A stretch of 64,000 nt of DNA from a virus (taxonomy: Duplodnaviria; Caudoviricetes), in the IMG/VR virus record IMGVR_UViG_3300023105_001451, positions 1 through 64,000 of that record. The stretch is one strand, 5' to 3'. How positions within the stretch are numbered: position 1 is the stretch's first letter; every line of letters starts with the position of its first letter. The notes beneath the pieces are model-generated. The model had not been told where the DNA came from. It saw only the letters and a program-made list of their open reading frames with translations, and did no database searches. A program made the position numbers and the translations under genes. Shown here piece after piece: positions 50,491-60,115 of the stretch.

Positions 50491-51535
50491 TATTAGAACT
50501 GTTCACATAGAACTTACAGATAAGTGTCAAGCACAGTGTCCGATGTGTGCTAGAAATTATCATGGCGGCGCCACACGTCCGTTTATACGTAACGGTGATA
50601 TATCTATTGACCAGTTTAAAAAATGGTTTCCTAAATCTTTTTTAGCACAGTTGTATAACTTTTATAGTTGTGGTAATTATGGAGATCCTGCTTTTGCACA
50701 AGATTGCTTAGAAATATATTCTTATGTTAGAGAATGTAATCCTACTACACATCTAGGAATACACACCAATGGAGGAATGCGAAATCCTGCTTGGTGGAAA
50801 CAGCTTGCACAATATAATATTGAAGTTGTGTTTGCGGTTGACGGATTTAAAGGCAAACATGAATTATATCGTAAAAATACAAAGTTTGATAAAGTTATTG
50901 AAAACTTAACAGCATTTTGTAATGCTGGCGGAAACGCAAGAGTTGACAGCTTAGTTTTTGCACATAATGAATATGATGTAGACGATCTTGAAAAATATCT
51001 TCTAGAACTAGGAGTAAAAAAAGTAAACTTTGTTAGCACCACACGTTTTTACGAAATGACTTCTTATGAAGTTCATGATAATAGCGGCAATGTAGAATAC
51101 ACTATTTCACCTGCACAATCAGAACGTTTTAAACGCACACCTAATAAAAGTTTAATAAATTTAGTAGATAAAGATTATAGAGATGCTGCAATAGAACAAA
51201 GTAAGATAGATCCTAAATGCATAACTGATAAAGGAATATATGTTGACCCTTATGGTGATATATTTCCTTGTTGTTGGCTAGGAGGCGATTATTTAGAACA
51301 ACCTATCGAAGAAAAATTGCCTATACATTATTTAAGAAATTTAAGTGTAGAAAATACTAAAGACATTTTAAGAAAAGTAGGAATACCTAATTGTAAAGAT
51401 AATGTATTACATTTTGATAGTAACTTATTTGAAAGGCTACCGGATTTTTGGCAAGGTAAAGACAAATGTATGACTTGTGCAAGACAGTGTAGTAAGCTAG
51501 TATATGACGACAACAACAAATATTCCGTGGCATAA
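50471..51535 (+). CDS. Radical SAM enzyme with C-terminal SPASM/twitch domain (rSAM 5)
   Basis: CQAQCPMC; CGNYGDP; HTNG; FAVDG; C-terminal KC....IYVDPYGDIFPCCW and C..C...C. Confidence 0.9.
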   Translation: MMQLVSDIRTVHIELTDKCQAQCPMCARNYHGGATRPFIRNGDISIDQFKKWFPKSFLAQLYNFYSCGNYGDPAFAQDCLEIYSYVRECNPTTHLGIHTNGGMRNPAWWKQLAQYNIEVVFAVDGFKGKHELYRKNTKFDKVIENLTAFCNAGGNARVDSLVFAHNEYDVDDLEKYLLELGVKKVNFVSTTRFYEMTSYEVHDNSGNVEYTISPAQSERFKRTPNKSLINLVDKDYRDAAIEQSKIDPKCITDKGIYVDPYGDIFPCCWLGGDYLEQPIEEKLPIHYLRNLSVENTKDILRKVGIPNCKDNVLHFDSNLFERLPDFWQGKDKCMTCARQCSKLVYDDNNKYSVA

Positions 51536-52493
51536 TATTACTGAGTTTGGGCAGAAAACCCTCCTAAAGAGCCATCTTTTTACAGTTTCTTGGATCCTGG
51601 CTAGATTTTGTAATTATAACTGCTCTTATTGCTGGCCATACGCTAGATCTAGTACCCCGGACCACCATGATTTAGAAATTTACTTAAACACCCTTGATAG
51701 CATCAAAGCACAGGCTCGTGCAAATAACTTCACAGATTTCCACTTCAGTTTCAGTGGCGGCGAGCCTACAGCCTATAAATACTTTGGGGAGATTATAGAT
51801 CATTACTGTAGTGATACAGCACCCGAGTATCAAAGTATACATATGACTACAAATTTGTCACCAGGAAGTAAATGGTGGAATAGGTGGTTAGATGCAACAA
51901 GCACTTTGCAACGTAAAAGTATAACAGCAAGTTTTCACGATGAATTTGCTAGTGAACAAGAGTTTGGAGACAAATGTCTGCAACTTATGAATGGAGGAGT
52001 TTATGTTACGATCAATCAAGTTATGGTTCCAGAAAGGTTTGAAGAGCTTTACTTCCGTTTGGAACGATTTGCCTCCAGAGGTATTAATGTCACTCTCAAG
52101 CCCCAGTCCAATGATACCGCCACAAGCGTGGTTGGAGGCTATACACATGAACAAGTTCGACTCATGCAAGAAGGATTCCCACAGCAGTGGCAAGGCGAAA
52201 AAGTCGCACAAATCGCACTCTACGATGACAAAGGAATAGAGTACGAATTAGATCAAGCAGAACGTTTTAATGCGTTTGGCTTTAACAAGTTTCAAGGGTG
52301 GACTTGCAATGCAGGTTACCAAGGAATAGTTATTCGTGAAAACGAAGTTAAACGCAGTTACAGTTGTCATGAAGAGCCTTTGGGCACATTGTCTGAAGGA
52401 TTTGAAATATTCAAAGAACCACGCAAGTGTGTAACACCTACATGTGTTAGTTCGGCAGATAGTAAATTACCTAAGGTGAAATATGAAAGTTGA
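51504..52493 (+). CDS. Radical SAM enzyme with C-terminal twitch domain (rSAM 6)
   Basis: W.L.RFCNYNCSYC; FSGGEPT; MTTNLS; ASFH; GWTCNAG...SC...C..PTC. Confidence 0.9.
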   Translation: MTTTTNIPWHNITEFGQKTLLKSHLFTVSWILARFCNYNCSYCWPYARSSTPDHHDLEIYLNTLDSIKAQARANNFTDFHFSFSGGEPTAYKYFGEIIDHYCSDTAPEYQSIHMTTNLSPGSKWWNRWLDATSTLQRKSITASFHDEFASEQEFGDKCLQLMNGGVYVTINQVMVPERFEELYFRLERFASRGINVTLKPQSNDTATSVVGGYTHEQVRLMQEGFPQQWQGEKVAQIALYDDKGIEYELDQAERFNAFGFNKFQGWTCNAGYQGIVIRENEVKRSYSCHEEPLGTLSEGFEIFKEPRKCVTPTCVSSADSKLPKVKYES

Positions 52494-53088
52494 TATAGAA
52501 GACGTTCTGTTTTGGATGGATGCAATTCGCAACAGCGAAGATAGATATCGCACCTTAGAAAGTTTTTGGAAAGGACAAGTTCGCAGTAAAACTTGGCTTG
52601 TTGAAGAACTTGAAAAAAATTTACCTCGATATCATAAAGAAAGAACAATAGCAATATATGGAGGATGGAACGGTGTACTGTCTAGCATATTATTCAACAG
52701 CAAAATTAATATTGAACATATTACAAGCATAGATATTGATCCTACGTGCGAAGAAATAGCCCGCACAGTAAATAAGCGTCAAGAGATGCTTGGAAGATTT
52801 AGTGCAATAACATCAGATATGACAACATACACAACAATGGCAGATGTTGCTATCAATACCAGTTGCGAACACATAACACAAGAACAATACAACCAGTGGT
52901 TAAGCAATCAGCCTGATGATGCAGTTATTGTATTACAAAGTAATAATTACTTTGAGCATGAAGAACACATACGCTGTTCAATTGACTTAAATGACTTTAC
53001 AAAAATGAGCGGCATAAAGCCCTTCTATAGAGGTAGTATGGATACACCTAAGTACGAACGTTTTATGATTATAGGCAAAAAGAAATGA
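52483..53088 (+). CDS. Class I SAM-dependent methyltransferase
   Basis: IAIYGGWNG (motif I), SIDID, INTSCEH, LQSNN. Confidence 0.75.
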   Translation: MKVDIEDVLFWMDAIRNSEDRYRTLESFWKGQVRSKTWLVEELEKNLPRYHKERTIAIYGGWNGVLSSILFNSKINIEHITSIDIDPTCEEIARTVNKRQEMLGRFSAITSDMTTYTTMADVAINTSCEHITQEQYNQWLSNQPDDAVIVLQSNNYFEHEEHIRCSIDLNDFTKMSGIKPFYRGSMDTPKYERFMIIGKKK

Positions 53089-54485
53089 AATGGTACGACA
53101 GCGAGGATACACGACTAGGAAAGTTCCAGCGTGATTTAGAATCTAAGTCATCGTGTACTTTCTGTGTGCTTCCTTGGATACATCTTGCTACTCGTCCTAA
53201 CGGAGATATGCGACTTTGTTGTACTGCTAATGCCAGTGGTGCGGGCGAGGATCACGAAGTAGGACTTGTTAAAGCAGAGGACGGAAAGCCCGCTAATTTC
53301 GCACGTACAACGCCCTTAGAAGCGTTTAACAGCGACTATATGAAAAGTGTACGCACAACTATGCTTAATGGTGAAATACCTGCTAGTTGTAAAGGATGCT
53401 TTGAAGAAGAAGCACAAGGCATTGTTAGCAAACGCATCTGGGAAACTGCTACATGGATGAACGATGAAGGCGTTGACGTAGAAGAACTTATTGCTCAGAC
53501 TCAAGAAGACGGAACCGTTCCAGAGCAACTACAATACTTAGACTTGCGACTAGGACACACTTGTAATATCAAGTGCGTAATGTGCAGCCCGCATGACAGT
53601 TCAAAGTGGGTAGCAGACTGGCAAAAACTTATTCCTGTGTTACAAGACGAAGATGTAAAACGTCAGATGCGCTGGGACAAAAAAGAGTTCAACAACAAAT
53701 GGTATGAAAAAGGCAAGTTCTGGGATGAGCTGTATGCACAAGTTCCAAACCTAAAGCAAGTTTACTTTGCTGGCGGTGAGCCGCTTATGATTGCAGAACA
53801 TAAAAAGTTTTTGGAAGAAATTGTACGTCAAGGATACGAGCAAAACATATTGCTACGTTACAATTCAAACGGTATACTTGTAGACGAAGAACTAATCAAA
53901 CTGTGGAGCAAGTTTAAGAAAGTCAAGTTTGCTATTTCAATTGACAGTTACAACGAACGTGATGAATACATACGCTTCCCTACAAAGTTTGCAGATGTAG
54001 AACGCACACTAAGATTACTAGACGACACGCCTGACAACATACACATAAGCATTGCAACAGCAGTACAAGTGTTCAATATAAAAACTATACCAGAGTTTGT
54101 CAAGTGGAAAGTCAACAGCAAATTTAAAAAAGTAAACATAGGACTAATTGACGGCAACGTAATGGGAGGTGGATTAGTAAATGCACACCTTGTACATATA
54201 CCTACATTCTTAAACATTACCATGTTGCCTGAGGAAGATAAACTAGAAGTGCATCATAGATTTGCAAAACTAAAACAATGGCTGTGGGAAAACTACACAC
54301 AGGATGATGACTTTTGGCTACATAATCCCAAAGGATGGAGACAGTGGGAAGGTATGTTAAAGTATATGGATAGTCGTGACAGTTCACACTTGCTGCCGGG
54401 CTTTAAAGAATATGTAAACAAACTGGATGCAATTAGAGGATTGTGTGCAGCAAAAACTTTTCCAGAGTTAGCACACCTGCTATGA
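53085..54485 (+). CDS. Radical SAM enzyme with N-terminal twitch-like domain (rSAM 7)
   Basis: FCVLPW..RLCC...CKGC; CNIKCVMC; FAGGEP; YNSNG; SIDS. Confidence 0.9.
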   Translation: MKWYDSEDTRLGKFQRDLESKSSCTFCVLPWIHLATRPNGDMRLCCTANASGAGEDHEVGLVKAEDGKPANFARTTPLEAFNSDYMKSVRTTMLNGEIPASCKGCFEEEAQGIVSKRIWETATWMNDEGVDVEELIAQTQEDGTVPEQLQYLDLRLGHTCNIKCVMCSPHDSSKWVADWQKLIPVLQDEDVKRQMRWDKKEFNNKWYEKGKFWDELYAQVPNLKQVYFAGGEPLMIAEHKKFLEEIVRQGYEQNILLRYNSNGILVDEELIKLWSKFKKVKFAISIDSYNERDEYIRFPTKFADVERTLRLLDDTPDNIHISIATAVQVFNIKTIPEFVKWKVNSKFKKVNIGLIDGNVMGGGLVNAHLVHIPTFLNITMLPEEDKLEVHHRFAKLKQWLWENYTQDDDFWLHNPKGWRQWEGMLKYMDSRDSSHLLPGFKEYVNKLDAIRGLCAAKTFPELAHLL

Positions 54486-55396
54486 AACTAACACGGATAA
54501 TAAACACAAGAAGTTACGATGAGCTAGAAATTACATTCTGGCCCACAGACATTTGTAACTTTAATTGTCCCTATTGCTTTCCAGGCAGCACAGATGGCAA
54601 ATATCGTTATAGTGATGTAGACGTTGCTCTTGACAAGTTTGAAAAGTTATTTGCACAATACAACAAAGCAAAATATCATTTGACTATTGCCGGAGGTGGA
54701 GAGCCAACGCTGTGGCCCAAACTAGAATATTTTTGCGAGCGTGTAAAGCAACTAGCAAATGTACGAATAAGTCTAGTAAGCAACGGCAGCAGAACACTAC
54801 GTTGGTGGAAAGACAATGCAAAGTTTATTGACGAAGCAGTACTCAGTTGTCATGTGCATGATGTAGACATTTCACACTTTGTAGAAGTTGCAGACACACT
54901 ATATGAAAGCGGCACAGAAGTTCTAGGTATGATGCTTATGGATGCACAAGAATGGAACCGTTGTGTAGACTATGTTAACATAATGCTAAACAGCAGATTG
55001 CCTTGGAACGTACAAGCAAAGGAAGTTGTAAGCAGCCCTGGTAGAGATGTTAACAGTTATACACAAGAACAGTTAGCCTATCTAAAAGATCCTATCAAAC
55101 GCTTTACACTGAGCAAAGACATATCAGAATATAGACACGTAGAAAGTTTAGGCTTTTACGGAGACAAGCAATTTCCTGCAACAGCAAATACACATATAAT
55201 GAACAAGCAAAACTACTTCAAAGGCTGGAAGTGCAATATGCCACTAGAACGTATTGCTATAGATGCTGGACTAAATGTTAGTGGAAGTTGCGGAGTAAAG
55301 TTTGATAAACTAGAACCTGTTGTTTGCCCTAAAGATTGTTGCGACTGTCAACCTGACACACACATTACAAAATCAATGCCAACTAGCAATATCTAA
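54482..55396 (+). CDS. Radical SAM enzyme with C-terminal twitch domain (rSAM 8)
   Basis: CNFNCPYC; GGGEPT; SNG; FKGWKC...GSC...C...CCDC. The likely start is ATG 54482 (ATGA overlap); the ORF track starts it at 54443. Confidence 0.88.
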   Translation: MKLTRIINTRSYDELEITFWPTDICNFNCPYCFPGSTDGKYRYSDVDVALDKFEKLFAQYNKAKYHLTIAGGGEPTLWPKLEYFCERVKQLANVRISLVSNGSRTLRWWKDNAKFIDEAVLSCHVHDVDISHFVEVADTLYESGTEVLGMMLMDAQEWNRCVDYVNIMLNSRLPWNVQAKEVVSSPGRDVNSYTQEQLAYLKDPIKRFTLSKDISEYRHVESLGFYGDKQFPATANTHIMNKQNYFKGWKCNMPLERIAIDAGLNVSGSCGVKFDKLEPVVCPKDCCDCQPDTHITKSMPTSNI

Positions 55397-56473
55397 GATT
55401 TTTGCATCAGCTTTTTGTGTAAAGTTTATGTATAAATTCTTAACTTTTAAATTTAATCTAGCAACTAAATTTTCTTGCGCAAGTAGTCTGTGTTTTAAAG
55501 AATTTTGTGCAACAGTGCCTTCGTAAGAAAATATATTTGATAAATTTACTAATGTTTTTAAATTGGGATCTAAGTAATTTACAATAGATAATTCATTGAG
55601 TAAATCTGTATGAACAAAAACATATTCTATACCTTCCTTTCGCGGACAATTTTCTTGCCAATATTTTAATGCTTTTTCGTTATAATCGTAAAATATTACT
55701 TTGCCTTTGTCAACTAAGTCTAAATATAATGTACCACTAGCAGGTAAAACTAACTGTTCGTACTTGTCTGTGATTCCTGTTGTCCATTCAGTATTTTCTG
55801 TATGTACGTGTTCGTATTTACAGTAATAGCTTTTGTATTCGATTGCTTCCTTTTTCCAATAATAATCTTTTTCGCTTTCTGGATAGTAATGCTTCTTGTT
55901 ATTTCTAATACTATCATCAAACACTATTACAGGCAAGTTATTTTCAAATGCTAGTCTTAACAAGTTCCATCCATGGCAACGATTTGCATATCGTACCTTG
56001 CGAGTGCCTGGCATTACAAATGTAGGTGTATAGTTGTCGTGTATGTTGTCTAAGCTACGTGCAGGTTCTGTCTGGGTGTGTGATGCGTGTAATTCCTTAA
56101 ACCCCACTGTAGGGCTTTGTAAACGCTTAAAATGTGCCATATTAAGTACATAACACTGATGATGTACTTCATAATACGCATCATACATAGTCCTATCTAG
56201 TATGTGTCCTGCTATAAAAAAATCTTTTTTTACAAGTTCTTCTAATGCTTCAAAAAATGCAAATCCATTAATGTATTCAGTACCAGGGCTCATTACAACA
56301 GCATAATCAGTGGTTACACTTCTTAATAGCTCATCTTCGTCTTTACCTGTAATAACTTTATAACCTTTTACTAAAAGATTGCTTACTGTAAAGTCAGCAA
56401 TATTTTTAATAGTTGTTTTTATATACTCGTTTGCATAGTTATCTATATCATCTACAATACAAAATGTAATCAT
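55373..56473 (-). CDS. Hypothetical protein (possible GT-A-like N-terminus, Rossmann/methyltransferase-like C-terminus)
   Basis: 366-aa ORF; AGHILD, HHQCYVLN, PASG, IFYDYN, NLSNIF; no confident family. Confidence 0.6.
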   Translation of the reverse strand: MITFCIVDDIDNYANEYIKTTIKNIADFTVSNLLVKGYKVITGKDEDELLRSVTTDYAVVMSPGTEYINGFAFFEALEELVKKDFFIAGHILDRTMYDAYYEVHHQCYVLNMAHFKRLQSPTVGFKELHASHTQTEPARSLDNIHDNYTPTFVMPGTRKVRYANRCHGWNLLRLAFENNLPVIVFDDSIRNNKKHYYPESEKDYYWKKEAIEYKSYYCKYEHVHTENTEWTTGITDKYEQLVLPASGTLYLDLVDKGKVIFYDYNEKALKYWQENCPRKEGIEYVFVHTDLLNELSIVNYLDPNLKTLVNLSNIFSYEGTVAQNSLKHRLLAQENLVARLNLKVKNLYINFTQKADAKILDIASWH

Positions 56474-57369
56474 TCTATGTTTACCTTAGTTAACGGAATG
56501 TCGGCAGCACAAGTACACCATTTGCGTGTACAAGTTATCCACTCTTCCGGTTGTTTAAAACTGCCGTCATATATGTTACCTAAACTTCCTCCTACTCTAC
56601 AAGTAGCACGATGAACTTCACCGTCCCAATTAATCATTAAACTTTCAATACCGGCGGCACATTTCCAGCCTTCAAATCCATTTAAATTTTCTTTAATAAT
56701 ATCGTTAGCGTGTTTTAAATTATTTTCATCTATTACACAATTTGGAAGCGCAGTTGCGTTAGTATCTAAAATCCATTTTAAATCTTTTTCTTTGTAACGC
56801 ATATCGTCAAACCAATCATGCTTTTCAGTCCAGCGTATACGTCTTATGACATATGGCATGTTATGTCCGTGAAAACGTGCAACAGCCATTCTCACTTTAT
56901 CCATATGTTCATGGTGTGCCATTACATTTACTTGAAATGGGATTCGATCTAAGTTTTCATTATGCTGACCAAACAACATAATATTATCCATGGCTCGTTC
57001 CCAATGTTCGTTATCAAAATGTAAACTAAACACATAATGATCTACAGGTGCTTCAGCATACCACGTGTAAGGCCTCAATCCGTTAGTGGTTACATTTATC
57101 CAGTCTAATCTTTGTCTTGCATGTTTTACAAGTTCTTCAAAGTCAGGATGTATACATGGCTCGCCACCTGTAAAACTTACACGTATAGGCTTGTCTAATT
57201 CTGCTAATGCATCTACTGTGTCTAACAAAACTTTTATATTAGTATGCGGACTAAAGTTGTCGTGTATTTCCGCAGGGCAATATGCACAATCTAAGTTGCA
57301 ACGCTTGCCTAAGTTCCATTCAACCTTAATTGAATTTTGATGAGGCCATTTTGATGTTACTTTGTACAT
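56470..57369 (-). CDS. Radical SAM enzyme with C-terminal twitch domain (rSAM 9)
   Basis: WNLGKRCNLDCAYC; FTGGEP; TTNG; SLHF; GWKCAAG...ATC..GGSLGNI...C...WC.CAAD; paralog of rSAM 6 and 8. Confidence 0.9.
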   Translation of the reverse strand: MYKVTSKWPHQNSIKVEWNLGKRCNLDCAYCPAEIHDNFSPHTNIKVLLDTVDALAELDKPIRVSFTGGEPCIHPDFEELVKHARQRLDWINVTTNGLRPYTWYAEAPVDHYVFSLHFDNEHWERAMDNIMLFGQHNENLDRIPFQVNVMAHHEHMDKVRMAVARFHGHNMPYVIRRIRWTEKHDWFDDMRYKEKDLKWILDTNATALPNCVIDENNLKHANDIIKENLNGFEGWKCAAGIESLMINWDGEVHRATCRVGGSLGNIYDGSFKQPEEWITCTRKWCTCAADIPLTKVNIE

Positions 57370-58166
57370 GTTACACCTTTGACTTTATTAAACTTTTTTA
57401 AGTCATCTTTTTTAATTTTTTGAGATATATCTGCTACCGGTATCATGCCTAAATTTTTATTTTTAAAATTAAATGATTGTTTTTTAAGCCACAAGTTTAT
57501 ATACATTTTTCTTAGTAAGTATATTGGATAAAAAGTTGTTGGTCCAAACTTAACCATAAAATCTGCGCTATAAAATTGCTGAGGGCGTATTCCGTCTGCT
57601 ATAGTATCATTATCTTTAAATATGTCAAGAATTGTTTTTCCAACCTGACAATAATTAATATAAACAGTACCAGATGTCCATCTAAATGTAAAGTGCTTCA
57701 TGTCATCTTCTGTAAGATTAATTATAGGCCTATCTTTAAATGTAACAACTACAGTAGGATGATTTTTTGTTCTAGTTTCTGCTTCTAGTTTGTGTATTAG
57801 AACATTAAACTTTTCAATAGCTTCTTGTGCTTCTGTATGAGCATTATTAAAAAACTCAGTACCTTCAATAACTTCGCCACGTAAATCTTCAAAGAACTTG
57901 TGCAGGTAGTTTAAATCTCCTTGCATATCAGTACTAGCACTACTAATATATCGATCAATATAAACACCGTGCTGTTTTATTGTATTAATACATTTATTAA
58001 GCTCGGGTATAAGGTTTTGTGTACCCCAGTTAGTAAATCTATCTGTTTCGTATAATGGATAATTTTTACAAAGTTCCTCGTACCATTTTTTAGCAATGTT
58101 AGTGTCTCTGACTTTAAATGGTATACTAATATCTTCTTTGCCGTTTGTTAATATTAAATTAAACAT
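57357..58166 (-). CDS. Hypothetical protein
   Basis: 269-aa ORF between two radical SAM genes; LNYLH..FE, N..IH..E and Y..VGK are conserved-looking motifs. Confidence 0.65.
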   Translation of the reverse strand: MFNLILTNGKEDISIPFKVRDTNIAKKWYEELCKNYPLYETDRFTNWGTQNLIPELNKCINTIKQHGVYIDRYISSASTDMQGDLNYLHKFFEDLRGEVIEGTEFFNNAHTEAQEAIEKFNVLIHKLEAETRTKNHPTVVVTFKDRPIINLTEDDMKHFTFRWTSGTVYINYCQVGKTILDIFKDNDTIADGIRPQQFYSADFMVKFGPTTFYPIYLLRKMYINLWLKKQSFNFKNKNLGMIPVADISQKIKKDDLKKFNKVKGVTCTK

Positions 58167-59427
58167 AGAATTTAAACTCCGGATTCACACTAAAGAAGTC
58201 TTGCCCGCGAGTTTTATCTAATGCACGATTAAAGTTTATACAGTCTTGCCAATGTGTGTCGTACATACATTTTGCTTCTAAGAAATTAATATTATCTTGT
58301 ATTTGTTGTAATGTAACTGTTTTGAGCAACTCGTTTTCTTGTATAACAGCGTAATCAAGAATTTTAATTTGCATATCTTTTAAGTCACTAACAACCTTTT
58401 GTTTTAATTCTGGTGGTAGTGTTTGTGCAGACAGTGCCATAGGATAATTTACACGATGTGAATAAAATACAATGCCCATATCATTTAAGAAATAATCTAT
58501 AACATCACAGATTTGCATTATATTATTTGCTTGTACAGTAAACGCACCTACTACACGACTTACATTAGGAAATTCTTTAAACACCTTGATGTTCTCTTCT
58601 ATTTCTTCAAACTTGCCATTGCCTCTAATGTATTCATAGACATCGTGTATACCGTCTATGCTTACGTTTACAGCAATTGATTTAAACTTGGGCCAATAGT
58701 CATGTATAGTGCGTCCACCTTTTATGCCTAGTGTAGTACCGTTTGTAGCATACTTTATTTCTATATTTTCACCATATGGCGCAAGCATGTCTAGTATTTT
58801 ATAATGATAAGGATCCATTAATGGCTCGCCACCTGCAAACTCTACACGTCTAAAAAACGGTAGTAGTTTTTCAAAACTATTCCACCAGTTATCACTGTTG
58901 TCAAATGGACCTATATACTTGCCTGGTGTATCTGTAAGTTTGTCTATTATTGGAATAAGAATATTATCTTCTTTTTCGTAATATGGTTTTACTTCGTTCC
59001 AATCTTTCCAACTTGTGCTGTCTAAAGGATTACACATACGACATTTTAAATTACACAAGTTGTTAAGTTTAATTTCCATAGTAGGAATTTCAAATGGCAT
59101 TGCATAATCGTCGTCTAGTGCGTCTAGTGCGTTAGGATACAAGTTTATACGTGCTTCTGGTATAACTCCTGCTATATGACGTTGTCGTAAGCTCTGTACA
59201 CCCTGATCCTCTAAGTCAAAGCAAGGTTTGCATACTTCTGGACGCTCGTCATTTAATACTTGTCTGCGTACTTCACGCATGGTGTCGTTGTTCCATGCTT
59301 GTTCTAAAGTTTCGTCTTGTATGTAGCCAATAGGAGCACTGCGGCAGCAAACTTTAATTGCTCCGTCCTCTCGTGTAGCAAGTCCTGTAAAAGGATGCAT
59401 ACAGAATGTACAACTATTCGACTTCAC
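58159..59427 (-). CDS. Radical SAM enzyme with N-terminal twitch-like domain (rSAM 10)
   Basis: FCMHPF..KVCC...CKPC; CNLKCRMC; FAGGEP; YATNG; SIDG. Confidence 0.9.
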   Translation of the reverse strand: MKSNSCTFCMHPFTGLATREDGAIKVCCRSAPIGYIQDETLEQAWNNDTMREVRRQVLNDERPEVCKPCFDLEDQGVQSLRQRHIAGVIPEARINLYPNALDALDDDYAMPFEIPTMEIKLNNLCNLKCRMCNPLDSTSWKDWNEVKPYYEKEDNILIPIIDKLTDTPGKYIGPFDNSDNWWNSFEKLLPFFRRVEFAGGEPLMDPYHYKILDMLAPYGENIEIKYATNGTTLGIKGGRTIHDYWPKFKSIAVNVSIDGIHDVYEYIRGNGKFEEIEENIKVFKEFPNVSRVVGAFTVQANNIMQICDVIDYFLNDMGIVFYSHRVNYPMALSAQTLPPELKQKVVSDLKDMQIKILDYAVIQENELLKTVTLQQIQDNINFLEAKCMYDTHWQDCINFNRALDKTRGQDFFSVNPEFKFYV

Positions 59428-60088
59428 CTAACGCCCACTCCCGTTCTCTACACCAAAAGCATTCTCCGCATATTGGAACAGGGTTACCCGGTGTATATGT
59501 TTTATAATTCAAACCTTCAAACTCTCCTTCACAACTACGAGTAATGTCAAACAAATCTAGAATATCGTAATTATAGTATTGTTGTATAATCCAGTCTTTC
59601 TTAGTATACACGAAAGGATGCACAATGTCAACTCCCATATGTTTCATATGTAAAGGTAATACACCTTCATCTCGTTCGGGTAATCCGCCGGGTACGTCTT
59701 CTGGATTTTTAGTAACAGCAGCATACCATGCATCTAAGTTATAATTATGTATTACCCATTCGTTGTGAGCTCTAAGTATAATTCTATTGCCAGGTTTTAC
59801 TGCGCCGTATTCATCAGTAATAAAAGTTGTATTAGGTTCTTCCATTTCGGGCGGTATAAAGTTTTCTAAATGTTCTATACGATTAGGAAAATTATACTTA
59901 AACCATCTAACAACTTGCTGAGCAACATGACGCTGCCAAGGTCGTGTTTTCCACATTCGTATTTGTGTAGTAAAATAAATGTCTGCATTAGTTTCTTTTA
60001 ATATAAGATATGCTAGTAAAGCACTGTCTGCTCCGCCGCTTAAACTAATACCTATACGCTTCCACCCAGGATTCAAGAACAAGTTCAT
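59414..60088 (-). CDS. QueC-like PP-loop (adenine nucleotide alpha-hydrolase) ATPase
   Basis: ISLSGGADS PP-loop; PFV..KK; C-terminal TRSC...CGECFWCRER zinc motif as in 7-cyano-7-deazaguanine synthase. Confidence 0.7.
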   Translation of the reverse strand: MNLFLNPGWKRIGISLSGGADSALLAYLILKETNADIYFTTQIRMWKTRPWQRHVAQQVVRWFKYNFPNRIEHLENFIPPEMEEPNTTFITDEYGAVKPGNRIILRAHNEWVIHNYNLDAWYAAVTKNPEDVPGGLPERDEGVLPLHMKHMGVDIVHPFVYTKKDWIIQQYYNYDILDLFDITRSCEGEFEGLNYKTYTPGNPVPICGECFWCREREWALGEVE

Positions 60089-60093
60089 GCTTA

Positions 60094-60110
60094 TACTTAT
60101 TCGTTAAATA
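60094..60110. promoter_or_regulatory. Back-to-back divergent late-promoter-like hexamers
   Basis: TAAGTA (minus, 60099-60094) and TAAATA (plus, 60105-60110), each exactly 5 nt from its ATG, in a 27-nt gap. Confidence 0.6.
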
Positions 60111-60115
60111 TCTGT

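Noticed and set aside
55373-55396. 24-nt convergent overlap between rSAM 8 and the minus-strand ORF
   Set aside because: Short tail-to-tail overlaps are common in compact phage genomes; no terminator or other structure seen.
50471-57369. Assigning the C-terminal-twitch radical SAM genes as moaA, queE, nrdG or anSME
   Set aside because: Only generic radical SAM motifs are shared; no partner genes (moaC, queD, nrdD, sulfatase) are present and there is no MoaA C-terminal GG.
38024-60088. RiPP cluster (radical SAM/SPASM peptide maturases with a precursor peptide)
   Set aside because: No short precursor ORF with an RBS, no PqqD/RRE domain and no transporter or protease seen; the genes abut with no room for a precursor.
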